Shown piece after piece: positions 36,568-50,500 of a DNA stretch of 64,000 nucleotides. The DNA comes from Eledone cirrhosa (lineage: Eukaryota), in the NCBI GenBank assembly GCA_964016885.1, contig OZ024741.1:103292001-103356000 (forward strand), in the 5' to 3' direction. How positions within the stretch are numbered: the stretch's first letter is position 1; each line of letters opens with the position of its first letter. The translations under genes and the position numbers were made by a program. The notes under the pieces are model-generated. The model was not told the origin of the DNA. It did no database searches and saw nothing but the letters and a program-made list of their open reading frames with translations.

Positions 36568-39500
36568 GAAATAGAGGAAGATTAAGAGGGATGAGGAAGC
36601 AGAGGAGGATAGAAATTAATCATGAATATGGGGATATGAAGGAGAGAGAAAAGAAAATAAACATACGGACGAATATACATTGCTATGTAAAATAGCTAGT
36701 TTGAGATGAAAATTACGTGCCACTAATGGTATCATTGTAAAAGCAGATAAAACATCTAATGTATACACCATGAGCCTTAATACATACAACAATTTTATAC
36801 GCCGTGAATTACATAAAAAATACAAGAAAACTACAGACTCTACACTAAACAGCATTAACATTTAACATAGTAAAAAAACTTAAAATATCCGATAGAACCG
36901 AGCCTCCTACACCTTGTGAACCCACTTTTAATCTGAAAGATCATAAATGTAACTTCGAAACCAACCCTACTATTATCCTTTGCCCGAAATCATTCGGATC
37001 TTTCAGCAGATGAAATTAAAATAATACTAGCTGCTAGACGAACTATCATTAAATTCGACAACAGCTACTGGGGGCGAAAAAATAGACTCAATAACTTCGA
37101 TATTACTATGGGATTTCTTACATAGGGAGTTTGGTAACTTACAAGGTGGAATCTATAGAGATGATACTCTACTTTTAGCTAGAAATGTAAATAGCCAAAA
37201 CTTAGAAAGATTAAGGAAGAAGATTAGAAAATTCTTTAATAACTTAGACCTTAGCATTACTTTTGAACCCAACTCTAAAAAAGTCAACTTCTTGGACTAT
37301 CGTTTAACCTTAACTCAGGACTAATAGAACCCTTCCATAACAATAATGAAAATTTAGCTTACATTGACTATAACTCGAACCATCCTAGATCCATAATTAA
37401 CTCCATAGCGCATAGTATATCCCTTAGAATCTGGTGCCTATCCTCTAACCATGAAATTTTTAATGAACACGCTAGCTACTACAACTTAGCTTTACTTAAG
37501 GCAGGCCATAAAGAACGACTCAAATACATACCTGATACAAAAAATAACAACACACTTAATGTTACCAATACTTCCCACAACCATAGAATCAACAAAGCTA
37601 GGTCTAAACGCATAAATAGGCAGCATATACCTAATTTAAATAAACAAAATGCTAATACTAATACCACTAGTGGACATAGAAGATACAGAAATAGAAACTA
37701 CTTTTGGTTTAATCCAATGTTTAACTCCTCTATTAAAATTAAGCTTCCTTTCACTTTCTTTAAATTAGTTGACAAACACTTCCCTAAAATACATAAATAT
37801 CATAAAATCTTTAATAGAAAAACTATCCAACTATCATACTCCACTGCCAACAACATAGAATCGCACATTCACAAAATTAACTACATAAGAATTCATAATC
37901 AAAGTAGCCCCATATAAGTTCCATATCACCAAATACAGAACACACACATATTACACCATCGCAACCAAATACGCGTCAAAGAACACCACCACAATACACC
38001 AACAAACCTAATTCGCAGCCCATACATAACAATCTTCAAAATCATATAGTAGAACCGGCGCATAGGAAAGCATTTCTATGCAATTGCTACTTACCCGACA
38101 ATTGCCCTCTACTAAACAGATGCTTGGAGAAAAACGTAGTATACTTGTGTACTATCAACTCAGGTAGCTTGGCATAGTATTACATTGGTTCCACAGCTGG
38201 TGTTTTCAAAAAACGGTGGTACGTGCACAGACATTCTATGATTAATAAGAATCAATCAAATACAACAACTCTTGCCAACAAAATATGGCAACTCAAGAAT
38301 GCAGGCATTAAATACGAGATCAGCTGGAAAATACTGTCATCTTCTAAGGCCTATCAAACTGATATGTCCCATGGTAGGCTCTGTAATATGGAGCTCATCC
38401 AAATTCTTAATTTTAGTAAAACCCTTCTTAACAGCAGAATTGAGCGAACTATCTTTTGCCGGCATAAATCAGCAGCGAAGTTCCTGAACTTTAGACCAAC
38501 TTAACTCCATTTTCTACTCCTTATTCCTTTTTATACTTTTAGCACCTATTACGATATCAAATTATCACAAACTTCATAATTACGTAAGAATAACCTAAGA
38601 ACATTTGTATTTACATCATTATTTTTATTTTATTTGTATTTACATCATTTATTATCTTATATATATACATCTTTCACCATTTGTCTTTGCATTTCTCCAC
38701 TTAAACATATTTTATCTCGTTCATTTTATCCTATAATATAATACATCTCAAACTAGCTATTTTACATAGTAATGTATATTCGTCCGTATGTTTATTTTAT
38801 TTTCTCTCTCCTTCATAACCCCATATTCATGATTAATTTCTATCCCCCTCTGCTTCCTCATCCCTCTTAATCTTCCTCTATTTCTTTCTCATCTTCCTTA
38901 CTTATCCTTCCTCTTTGCCTATGCTCTATCCCCCCTTCTTTCTTTCTATATATATCTTTATTATTATTAATATTATATTTATTTTGATGTGATAGTTTGA
39001 TTTCGTAACTTTGCCGGTTATACATTTAACTATGTCTTCGTCCTTCTTTCGTCATTTTCTTTCTTTCTCTCTCATTTCCATCTGTCCCCCTTCCTTTATT
39101 TATTTATCATTAATACTATTATTGATGTAGTAATTTGAATTTTTAAGTTTACAGTTACGCATATATTTTATATTTCTTAATAGTTTCTGATGAAATGATT
39201 AAAGTTATATGTATTGTAAATTGAATTATACTGTCTCCAGTATTTAGCAATTTATAAACAACTCTATCATGGAAACAATTGTAACACTGTAAATAAATAT
39301 CCTTGTTTGTACTGTCGACCATGTTATTCTTCACTTTTTTATTACTCCAAGATATATTTACATAGGAATACAAGCGAAGTCATAAAATCGTCACCAACGT
39401 AACCTCTTGTTGAGTCACACAGCACCGTACGCTTAAACTGTCCATGATAAGTAGTTTTCACAGACACTTATCGGATTACCTGTAACGATTTATTATTATC
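36568..39500 (+). mobile_element. Internally deleted Penelope-like element, probably Naiad-type (RT plus GIY-YIG); 3' boundary uncertain
   Basis: NFDITMG, GIYRDD, VNFLD, SNHP, WFNP, KIFNR..SYS, CNC..CP..C..NVVY..YIGST..FKKR..H, KIWQLK, LNSR..CRH; inverted repeat about 36568-36728 / 38743-38883. Confidence 0.85.
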
Positions 39501-39509
39501 CTATATATA

Positions 39510-39587
<78 letters not shown>

Positions 39588-39591
<4 letters not shown>

Positions 39592-39867
39592 TATGGTGGG
39601 ACAATAAACTTAAGAAACAATTAGAAGACAACAATCTCTTAACCCTGATTATGTACTCCCGCTACGTTGATGATATAAACATCGTAGTAAAAACACCCCT
39701 ACTAGAGAACAGTCAGAAATTAGAGAAAAACACAACGGAAAGCATCCAGCAAATAGCTAACTCCATCCACCAGAGTATCAAAGTTACTATAGACTACCCA
39801 AGCAAACACTCCAACCATCGATTACGATTTTCAGATAAACAATCTTTCTAAACAAATTCAGAAACGA

Positions 39868-39872
<5 letters not shown>
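39588..39872 (+). mobile_element. Penelope-like RT fragment joined to a short 3' end, in (TA)n
   Basis: MVWWD..YSRYVDDI..IANSIH..DYPSKH; the terminus TTCAGAAACGA resembles the reverse complement of 33481-33525. Confidence 0.75.
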
Positions 39873-39920
<48 letters not shown>

Positions 39921-40199
39921 CGTAATTACGCAATAGTGATTGCCTAAACACGAAAAGTGAATTTTTCACACGTTGTCCACACGTCACCAAACATCTATTG
40001 CATAACTACAAGGCTCCGGACTGATTTTTTGTAATTTTATTTTTAATTTTTTTAAATTTTATTTTCAACCTAAAAACTTTCGCAGTTATCTCCCTTACAC
40101 CTCCCGCACGCAGTCTAGTATTGCCTGTGTGAAGTGACCGAGTTTCTGCGCATGCGCGTTCGTACGGTTGTCCTCCATGTTCCTATAACCATACACATC

Positions 40200-40239
40200 C
40201 CGAGCTGAAGATCCGCGAAGGTGAAACAATTGTTCTCAG
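40200..40239 (+). ncRNA. Minimal hammerhead (family A second copy, within pLTR-like 40085-40337)
   Basis: CCGAG-CTGAAGA-TCCGCGAAGGT-GAA-ACAATTGT-T-CTCAG, with one stem I mismatch. Confidence 0.72.
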
Positions 40240-40333
40240 TATGGTGAACTAACTGTTGTGTAACCACTTCTACGTAATTCGTCCCTTGGACTGAGTGCTC
40301 TACCACTACGGATATTACCTTCCAGTGTTCCAC

Positions 40334-40381
<48 letters not shown>

Positions 40382-40864
40382 ACTTTAAGAAATTAACAAA
40401 CAGATGACAAAACAACGAACGGAAACAAGGTAAAGCGAAAAACAATGTTTTAAGGGGAAATTAAAAAAATATATATTTTTAAAATAAACGTACAAACGAA
40501 GGATACAGCACACTAGGCTTATTGGCCTTTGAGATGGACTTTGGCTGTTTCGACCCCTACCAACGGTACTGCTGGTCAACCCGGGGTAACAGAGTCTGAC
40601 ATAAGTCAAACGCTATCCAGTGGAGTATGAGATGAGAGATAGAACATTACTTTATAGCAAGTAAACTACAAGTTCACAGAGAATTTACTGTGACGTCAAT
40701 GGAAAAGCGTAGTGCACGGGTGTCATAAATGAAACAAAAAAAGGGAAGAAAAAAGAATGAGATAGTAAGATATCGTGTGCAATAAATGGGGGAGAAGAGA
40801 TAGCACGTACGTCACGTTAGTATTGATAATATATGGATACATGTTTGTATATAGATCTGTCTAT

Positions 40865-41185
40865 ATCTAGGGCGGGTAAAATTCCAGAGATCCATAGACG
40901 AGTTCTATCCAGCTGTCTCTGTCCTTCATCATCGCCGCCATGTCCTGCGTCTCCCAGAGACCAGTGTCTGTCTTTAGGGATCAATATATGTCATCCTCGG
41001 TCTCCCTCTTCTAGTATACCCGTGTATGGGGCTCCCACAGGACAACTTGGTGCAGTGTCAACTCTAAATGTCGGTGAGCATGTCTAGCTAACATCAATCT
41101 CCGCTGTTTTACTTTCGAGTTGACTTTTGGGAGGCTCCCGTACAGCTCTGAGTTCTTCCTCCTCAGTATATACTGATTAATATTA
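40865..41185 (-). mobile_element. RTE LINE 3' fragment
   Basis: Reverse-complement match to 33090-33385. Confidence 0.85.
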
Positions 41186-41194
41186 GTATATGTT

Positions 41195-41229
<35 letters not shown>

Positions 41230-41231
<2 letters not shown>

Positions 41232-42180
41232 GGTTAAGTGTAGAAATAAATATGCATAGGTAAGCGTATAGGTGTGAGGTGAAAGGTTAGTCGAACCAAT
41301 CACTCCTGGATAAAAATTCCTTTAAAGGAGAGGTAAATATACATCAAAGTGCATAACTTACGAAGATGAAATCGAATGAGTGTAATTTGTAAATAAAAAT
41401 GGCGGTTACAAAGGGGCGTAATAATCTAAGGAAGGTAACTATGTTGCATTTAGAAAAGAAATTCTGGAAAGGTGTTTAATAATTATAACATGCCTAGTTA
41501 AGTGATGCTGGTAGGGTAGATGTAATGTGGTGTGTTGTGGGTTATAGCTAGGTTCCAGTTACGTTGTTAATTATAAGCAGTAGTGATTTAGATAATCTGG
41601 CTAATCTATAAGAGGTAGCTAATAGGGGTTTTATGGTTGAAGGAGAAGAGAAGGGTTTGAGAATAAGAAGGTTACATTGGGTCAAATGTCCTGTTAGAGA
41701 ACGAGTAGGGGAACCTATGTTGGCAATTTATTACAGTTTCTGCCCTATTGGTAATAAGTGTATGAGGTAAGCATATAATATAATTTGTTCTACTTTGGGC
41801 ACAAGGCCAGAAATTATCACAGTGTATTACTGGTACTTTATTTTATCGACCCCGTAAGGATGAACGGCAAAGCTCACCTTGGCAGGATTTTAACTCAGAT
41901 CGTAAAGGGCCGTAATTCTATGCTGCAAAGAATGTTGCCCGACGCTCTACCGGTATTGCATATGCTTCCATCAGACACTTCTTTTTAAAGTTATAAGAGA
42001 TTGCTCTGTTTATTATACTCCATTGGGTTGTGTACCTAGTGTCAGACTCTATTAGTTGAGTACTTATATATAACATTACTAACTGGGCACTGACCCTGAA
42101 TGGACAGTTGTTAGGCGTTCTACAATTGCAATTTGTGCTGTTACTATTCCTAGCAGGGAGAGAATAATTGTTACCACTGT
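41230..42180 (-). mobile_element. Deleted Naiad-type Penelope 3' remnant interrupted by a SINE (41784-41960)
   Basis: NCNCRTPNNCPF, QWSIINRAISYN..C and LITNRAETVINCQHR parallel the endonuclease at 38070-38500. Confidence 0.65.
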
Positions 42181-42197
42181 TATTATTATTATTATTA

Positions 42198-45100
42198 CAG
42201 TTACATTTATCTTGCTTTATGTTCATACGAGTTATCTCCAAGTCACAACCAGTGACCTCAAGAGACAACAAGGTCCACCATGTTCAAGAAAGAACATACA
42301 TACACACACATGCATCTTTAGGTGTTTAGACTTGTGATGTTCTTATATTGACAGAATCTTCCTTAGTATATGGACAGTTCCCATTAGTACTATCTTTTGT
42401 ATTTCTTCTATACGCGGGTTTCCTGGGATTTGCGATAAGTAATCATTAGACCCCTTAGGTATCATTCCTAGAGCGCCCACAACCATTGCTATTGTTATAG
42501 TTCTCAATTTCCACATTTTTTCAATTTCTATCTCCAGGTCCTTATACTTGCTCAATTTTTCAAATGTTTTTATAGATACATTCTTGTCTATTGGAACGGG
42601 CATATCAATTAGCAGGCATACCCTCTTTTTAAAGTCCTTCAGTATTATATCAGGTCTATTTGCATCTATCTTTCGGTCTGTTTGGATGCTAAAGTTCCAC
42701 AAGATTGAGATGTGATCTTTTTCAAGTACGGGAGGTGGTTGATGCTCCCACCAATTCTTTTGATGGGGCAGGTCAAAATGCTTACACATTATCCAATGTA
42801 TGTATTGTGCAGCTCTGTCGTGCCTGTTTAGGTATTCTGTTGGAGCTATAGGACTGCACATTGAGATTATATGATCAATAGTCTCTGGTTGTTTTTACAT
42901 ACACGGCATAATGGGTTGCATCCATTTTTTATTATGTTGGCTTGGTAATTTTTTGTTGGCAGAACTGATCTTGTGCTGATGTAATCAGTCCTTCTGTCTC
43001 CGATTTCAGTCCAGAGGATGCCAACCACTGATGGGTTAAAGTTTTGTCAACATCAGGATTGTTAGCTCTTTCTGGGTATTTTCCATACAGAGGCTTAGCC
43101 AGTTTCTGTAGTAGTTCTTTCTTTGCAGTTACTTTTACCTGCTTTGCTTTTTCTGTGTTTTTCATTTCAGCAGTAAATGGAACTTCTGAAATTTGTAGTT
43201 CATTACTGTATCTTTGTGCATCTTTTGTAATGGAGTATGATCTTTTGATGCTGTCGTGTTTCAAAACGATTTTGATCATCCAATCATGTGATTCCCTTAG
43301 ATATGTAGATAATCCAATTGTTGCAGTTTTCAACGCAATATCTAACTGGATTAGCCCACGTCCTTCTTGTTTCCTAGGGAGATATATTCTATCTGTATCT
43401 GTCTTAGGGTGATGCATTCTGTGCATGGTTAAGAATTTTCTAATTTTTGTATCGAGCCTACGGATCTCTGTGCTTGACTAGTTGATGACATTGTAACTGT
43501 AGGTTACTACTGGTATGGCAAGCGCGTTTCTGGCATCGATCCTGTTCCTTGCATTCAATTCAGTTCTTAAGATTGCTCTTACTCGGCGGCAACATTCCTT
43601 CCTTATCCTTTCCCTCATTGTTGAGTGCTTGATTCCGTCTCCTTCACAAACACCTAGATATTTGTAAGTTTCCTCTTGATCAAGTTCTCTTATCACATTC
43701 CCCCTATCAAGATTAATGTCTGAACCTTTCAGCAGCTTTCCTCTGGTGAACGTGGCTTTGGCGCATTTATCTAGTCCAAACTTCATTTTAATGTCATCAC
43801 TGAAATGCCCTTGCGATTGCTCATCATTTTTTGCAAATAGTTTCAGGTCATCCATGTCGAACAAGTGATTAATGGTTTTGTCATAGACTTTATATCCATG
43901 TTTTGTTTCATTGAGCATTTTACTTAATGGTATAAGTGCGATGCAGAATAAAAGCGGTGATAAAGAGTCACCCTGAAAAATTCCACAATTAATATTAACT
44001 TCTCCAGCTTCCAGTGATTTTTTTTCACTATTCAAAAGGAGTGTCGTTTTCCATGTCTTCATACTGAATAACAGGAAGCTCTTGACAACGGGAGATATTT
44101 AGAAATTCTCTAAACATTTTTCAATCCAACTGTGTAGCGAACTATCGAATGCTTTTTTGTATCCTATCCAAGCAATTGATAGATTTTTGTGTCTATTATG
44201 ACAATCTTCCAATATCATTTTGTTAACCAAAAGCTGATCATTACAGCCATATGAGCCTTGTTTACACCCTTTCTGCTCATTGGGAAATAGATCATTTGTT
44301 ATCAGGTGATCATATGTATATTCAGTTAGGACTGATGTTAAAATTATACATATCGGTCTGTAATTTTTGGCATTTTTTGTCTCATCATTCTTCGGAAGTA
44401 GGAATGTAATGCCGTTAACTAGCCATGATGGTATCTTTTCTGGCTCTTTAACCATTTCATTGTAAAGTTGGTCTAACAGCTCATGAGACTCTGTGAAAGG
44501 CATTTATCTAAAAATTTGGTATTTTGTCTTTTCCTGGGGATTTCCATTTGCTGGTTTTACTAAGAGCCAAACGCAACTGTTCAACTGTTATATTTTCCTA
44601 TGTTTGTTCCTCAAGGTGAGCTGTATCTTTCATTTGTCTGTCCATCTATGGGGAATGTATATTATGAACTTTTTCTTCGGCCCAGATCTTTTCCCAGAAT
44701 TCTTGCACTTCCCCCTTAGGTGATATTGATTTAGCAGTTATTTTTGACTTGACAATTTTGCTGTAGAAGTTTCTTTTGTTGTTTTTGAACATATTATTGT
44801 CCTTATAGAATCTAGATCGTTTTTTAAAGCACCTTATACGAGCAGCTTTAGCCGACACTTTTTGTTTCATTGTTTCTATCAGCATGTCTATGTCACTTGT
44901 TGATGTTATACTGTATTTTCTTTTCAATTTTCTAAGTTTAGTTTGTTTAACATGTTCACCTACTTTGTAGTTTGTTAAAATTTCTATGTCAGATCGGAGA
45001 AGGTTTATTTGGCGATTGATGTTCTCTTTCCAAGTAGGTTTCTTGTGCGAATTCCTTTGTTTTTTAATTTTCACTCCACATAAGTGAGTGGTGACTTTAG

Positions 45101-46082
45101 CCGATGCATAATAGAGATGATTTAGATCAGTAATGTTTAGTTTGTTTGTGATGATAATGTTTTTGAGAATTATGTTAGTCTTGTGTATTATCCTTTGGTT
45201 CTGTTTGGAGTTCTGGATCTTAGGGAGAGTGTCTCATTCCCCCATGTCAGATTCTTTCATTTGCATCCTTTCGATCATAATTTAATTCTTCAAGTTGGCG
45301 AGTTCATCCTCATTCATTTCTTTATCATTTACGATCTCATTGTTTTCATTTTGTGTACTATCTTGAGCATGCACTCCTTCCACTTTTTCGATCCTTTCTT
45401 TAATTTTTTCTGCTGTCAGTGATTTCGCCCCAACCCTGGGATTCGAAGTGTTACAATTTACCTCGTTTTCACTGACACATGTTTCATTTTCCCTTCGCTG
45501 ACTTTGTGCTAATTGCTTGATCTGATCAATTTCTATATCAGTTAGTAACATTTTCTTAACAATATTTCTTCGTATATTAGCTAGTTTGTTACTGTCAATA
45601 TAGCCTCTGTTTTCGGGATGTTTCTTTTTCCAGTTGATATATGTCTGTTCTGTATTCGATCTATTTGATGGGTAGTACATGGCAGTGTAGAAAGTAGCAA
45701 AGACTTCTTTATTGTCTTCCCTTGACCATTTTTCTCTCTTTTTCTTTGGATTTCTTGGTGGTGAGCATGGAGGGCCAACAGTAGGAGTATTCCGGTTATG
45801 GGAGGTCTCAGCTCCGAATTGATGGGAAGGTTTGAACCATTAGCTGATTTTTCGACCCCAGTCTGGTTCCTGTCTGAGGGACGCGGCCTTTTTTGACCCG
45901 GGTAACAGCCGATCCGGTATGAGATGTTATCATTTGACATTGGCTTTATTTTGTTGCGTTTTATCCTTAACCGCCAAAGGGTAATCATTTCGTGTTACAA
46001 CTCCTAGGACGAGTGTCAACCAAGACTAGAGGTGTCGTCCTCCCCTAGAGACACGGCTATTCCCCGCCGACCGCCATTCCGG
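42198..46082 (-). mobile_element. Full-length R4/Dong-like RLE element (family T, copy A) flanked by (TAA)n
   Basis: Fragmented ORF from 45988 to 42343: RT (GIFQGDSLSPL, MDDLKL), RHD and RPD RLE; (AAT)n at both ends. Confidence 0.95.
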
Positions 46083-46104
46083 TATTATTATTATTATTAT
46101 TGTT

Positions 46105-47485
<1,381 letters not shown>

Positions 47486-47510
47486 GTTATTATTATTATT
47501 ATTATTATTT

Positions 47511-50500
47511 GTGAAGCCACGCTTCTTATCGCCTCCAGTCTTTTTCAACCTTTCTAAACCTTTTATTCAAGTTTTAAATTTGATAAAATTTAGAAGAAGT
47601 GACCCACCTAATACAGGGGTTCACTAGTAAATAATACGGCACCCCTTTACGGGGTGTCGTATTCGTATTTGTGTAAAAATATTTTTTGAAAAATTTCATA
47701 ATGGATAACACAAAAAAGAGAGAGAGGGCTGTTAGACAACACAGAGAGAGGGAGACTTTATCAGCATGTCAACAAGACAGCGTTCCAGCGGAGGTAAATA
47801 TAAACGAAAATATTACAAATGAAAAAAAGATTATTACAGATTTAAAATTAACAAATATTTCTAACACAAACAACACCAACAATAACACCAACAACATCAC
47901 CAACAACAACACCAAAAATAACAGCGGTAAAGTCGAGAACGACAATAACAAAAATAACAGCGGTAAGGTCGAGAACGACAATAACAAAAATAACAGCGGT
48001 AAGGTCGAGAACGACAATAACAATAATAACAGCGGTAAGGTCGAGAACGACAATAACAATGACAATAACAACAGCCACAACAACAATAATAGTAGGAACA
48101 GTATCAACAAAAACAACAATAATAACAACAGCCACAATAACAGTAACAGCAGCAACAGTATCAACGAAAACAACACCAACAACTGTACCAGCGAAAAGAA
48201 CAACAATGACACCGATACCTGTAATAGCGACCTCAGCACCACCAGTAAGACCAGTAGCAGCAGCAATAGTGGTGCTGCTGAAAAAGGGACCACTTCTTTT
48301 GCAGGTGTCGCCCGAAATATCGAGACAGTGTTAGTCACAGAGGAGGAGATGGCAGTCGCAAGGGCCATGGTGACAAGAAGCGCAAATAGAGTTTCCCTGA
48401 AACCTCCACCCGATTTTTTCAAAGACCAGCAGCTACGAACGGTGACTTACCGCACCGTAAGCAAAATCTCACATCGAGTGGAGAGAGCCACGGAGGCTCA
48501 AATCCAAAAGGCCTTGGGGTGCGTCTGGGCACGCAAAACCCACATCACCCGAGGCAGAAAGTACGCCACAGTAGACGTACTTTTCGCCACCCCCAGGAAG
48601 CAAAGTCTCACTCTTTGGAAACCCTAAAGAGTGAGGAGTTAGTCTTGGTGCCCTCCTACTGCGGGCAGAAAATTGTGAGGGTCAAAGTGACCCAGGTCCC
48701 ACCCGACGCTCCCATACCTTGGCTGGCCGCGTCTGTCCTTGCTGGAATTGAGAACAGGGTGACCATGCTGCAAGTAGAAAAAATAGGGAGAGAGAACTGG
48801 TCAGGTATAGGCATGCAAATGCTTATACAAACTGACCAGGAATGTATCGAGGCTATTCCCGATATCATAGACTTTGAGGAAGGACTCCAACTCCCTATAA
48901 GTGTAGAAGGAAGACGGCCAAAATGTTATCTCTGTGGGTCGAAAGGTCACCTCAGGGCCTTTTGCCCACAGAAGACACCGAAGAGGGCCCCTCTCCTTCC
49001 AATACCTGGTCCGCTGCTACCAAGAGCAGGACAGACACAAACGAAGAAGCCCCTTCCACGGTGAGTAGGAGGGCAACGTCCGTAGCACCCGTACCAAGAC
49101 CACGGATAACTAAAGCAGCATCATCAGTAGCGGCAACACCAATAGCTACATTTGAAATAGCTACACCAGCAACAACATTGCCGAAGAGGGCTCCACTACC
49201 ACCACCAACAGCCCTGGAGCACATAGCCCTCCCAGACGCCACAGAATCCGACATGGAGTTTGAGGCGGGAGTGACGTGGCAAACAGTCTGCCACAAAAAA
49301 AAAAAACAAAAAAAAACCTTAGATTCACCCTCCAAAATCGAAGGCATACAAAGAGGGGTAAAGGCAGCAAGGAAACTTGCAGCAACACCACCACAAACAC
49401 CAACAACGCAAACACAACAAGACACACACACCAAACAGCAACAAGAAGAAAACGGCAACAAAATCACCCCTCCCCCCAAAAAGTACACAGCCATAAACAT
49501 AGCAAAAAAAGAACTCATAAAATATATAAAGCAACACAGAGACATCACGGAAAAAAATTACTACACCCCACCAACACCAAGAACTCTCCCGACAAACATA
49601 AGTATCATCGAAATCTCAATAGAACAATACAAACTTTTAAAACAAAAATTCCCCAACGCAGTTGGAGACTTCAGAGGGACAGTTACCAAGAGGATATACA
49701 CTGACATCCTCTTGGAAACACCCAGGACCAGCGAAAGGGACGGTTCTACTGTCCCTTCACCTCACGAACAAGGTAAGTGACCCTTTCTCATTTGCCCCGT
49801 TTCTCATCCAACATGGCTGTACTCAGAATAGGCAGTATAAATGCACGTGGCCTGGGTCATCTTGGAAGCAGGGTCACCTGCTCAATGACCTCAGGTCACT
49901 AAACATAGATGTGGTGGCCATCAGTGAAACCAGAATCTCCGAGGCACGGGCCTTCGCACCGATCTTCGGCGGCTACGATGTATACGCATCTCCCAGCCGT
50001 CCAGGATCTGGGGGAGGGGTTGCCGTCCTTTTTCGGAGAGGCTTGGATCTCGCGATACGGGCCATCTTCCTGGACCCAGAAGGTAAGTCGGTGGTGCTGG
50101 ACGTGACCGGCAGCGAAGGCAATGCTTTCAGGCTAGTAGCCGTCTACGCCCCAACAGGGGCAGGACGGCCAGATTTCTTCAGACGTCTAGAGACCTTTCT
50201 TGGAACGTCCCGCTCTTTAGTGTTAGTGGGCGACTGGAACGGTATCTTGGATGCACGCTGGGATCGTGTGGGGCTAGTGGATAGGGGAGGAGGATGCAAG
50301 AGCCTCACCAACCTGCTCAGACGTTTTGAACTGTCTGACAGGTATCGACTGGATCACCCGAATGTGCCAATGTGGACATGGACAAACCGCATCGGGTCAT
50401 CCAGATCGTATCTAGATAGGTTATTCTGCAGGGAACTAGATAAGGCTAGTATAAGTTGTCCACAATTTAAAATAGTCGACTACACAGACCACAAATTTGT

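Noticed and set aside
47769-48422. Leu/Val-rich membrane protein ORFs
   Set aside because: Antisense of the Asn/Thr-rich Tx1 ORF1.
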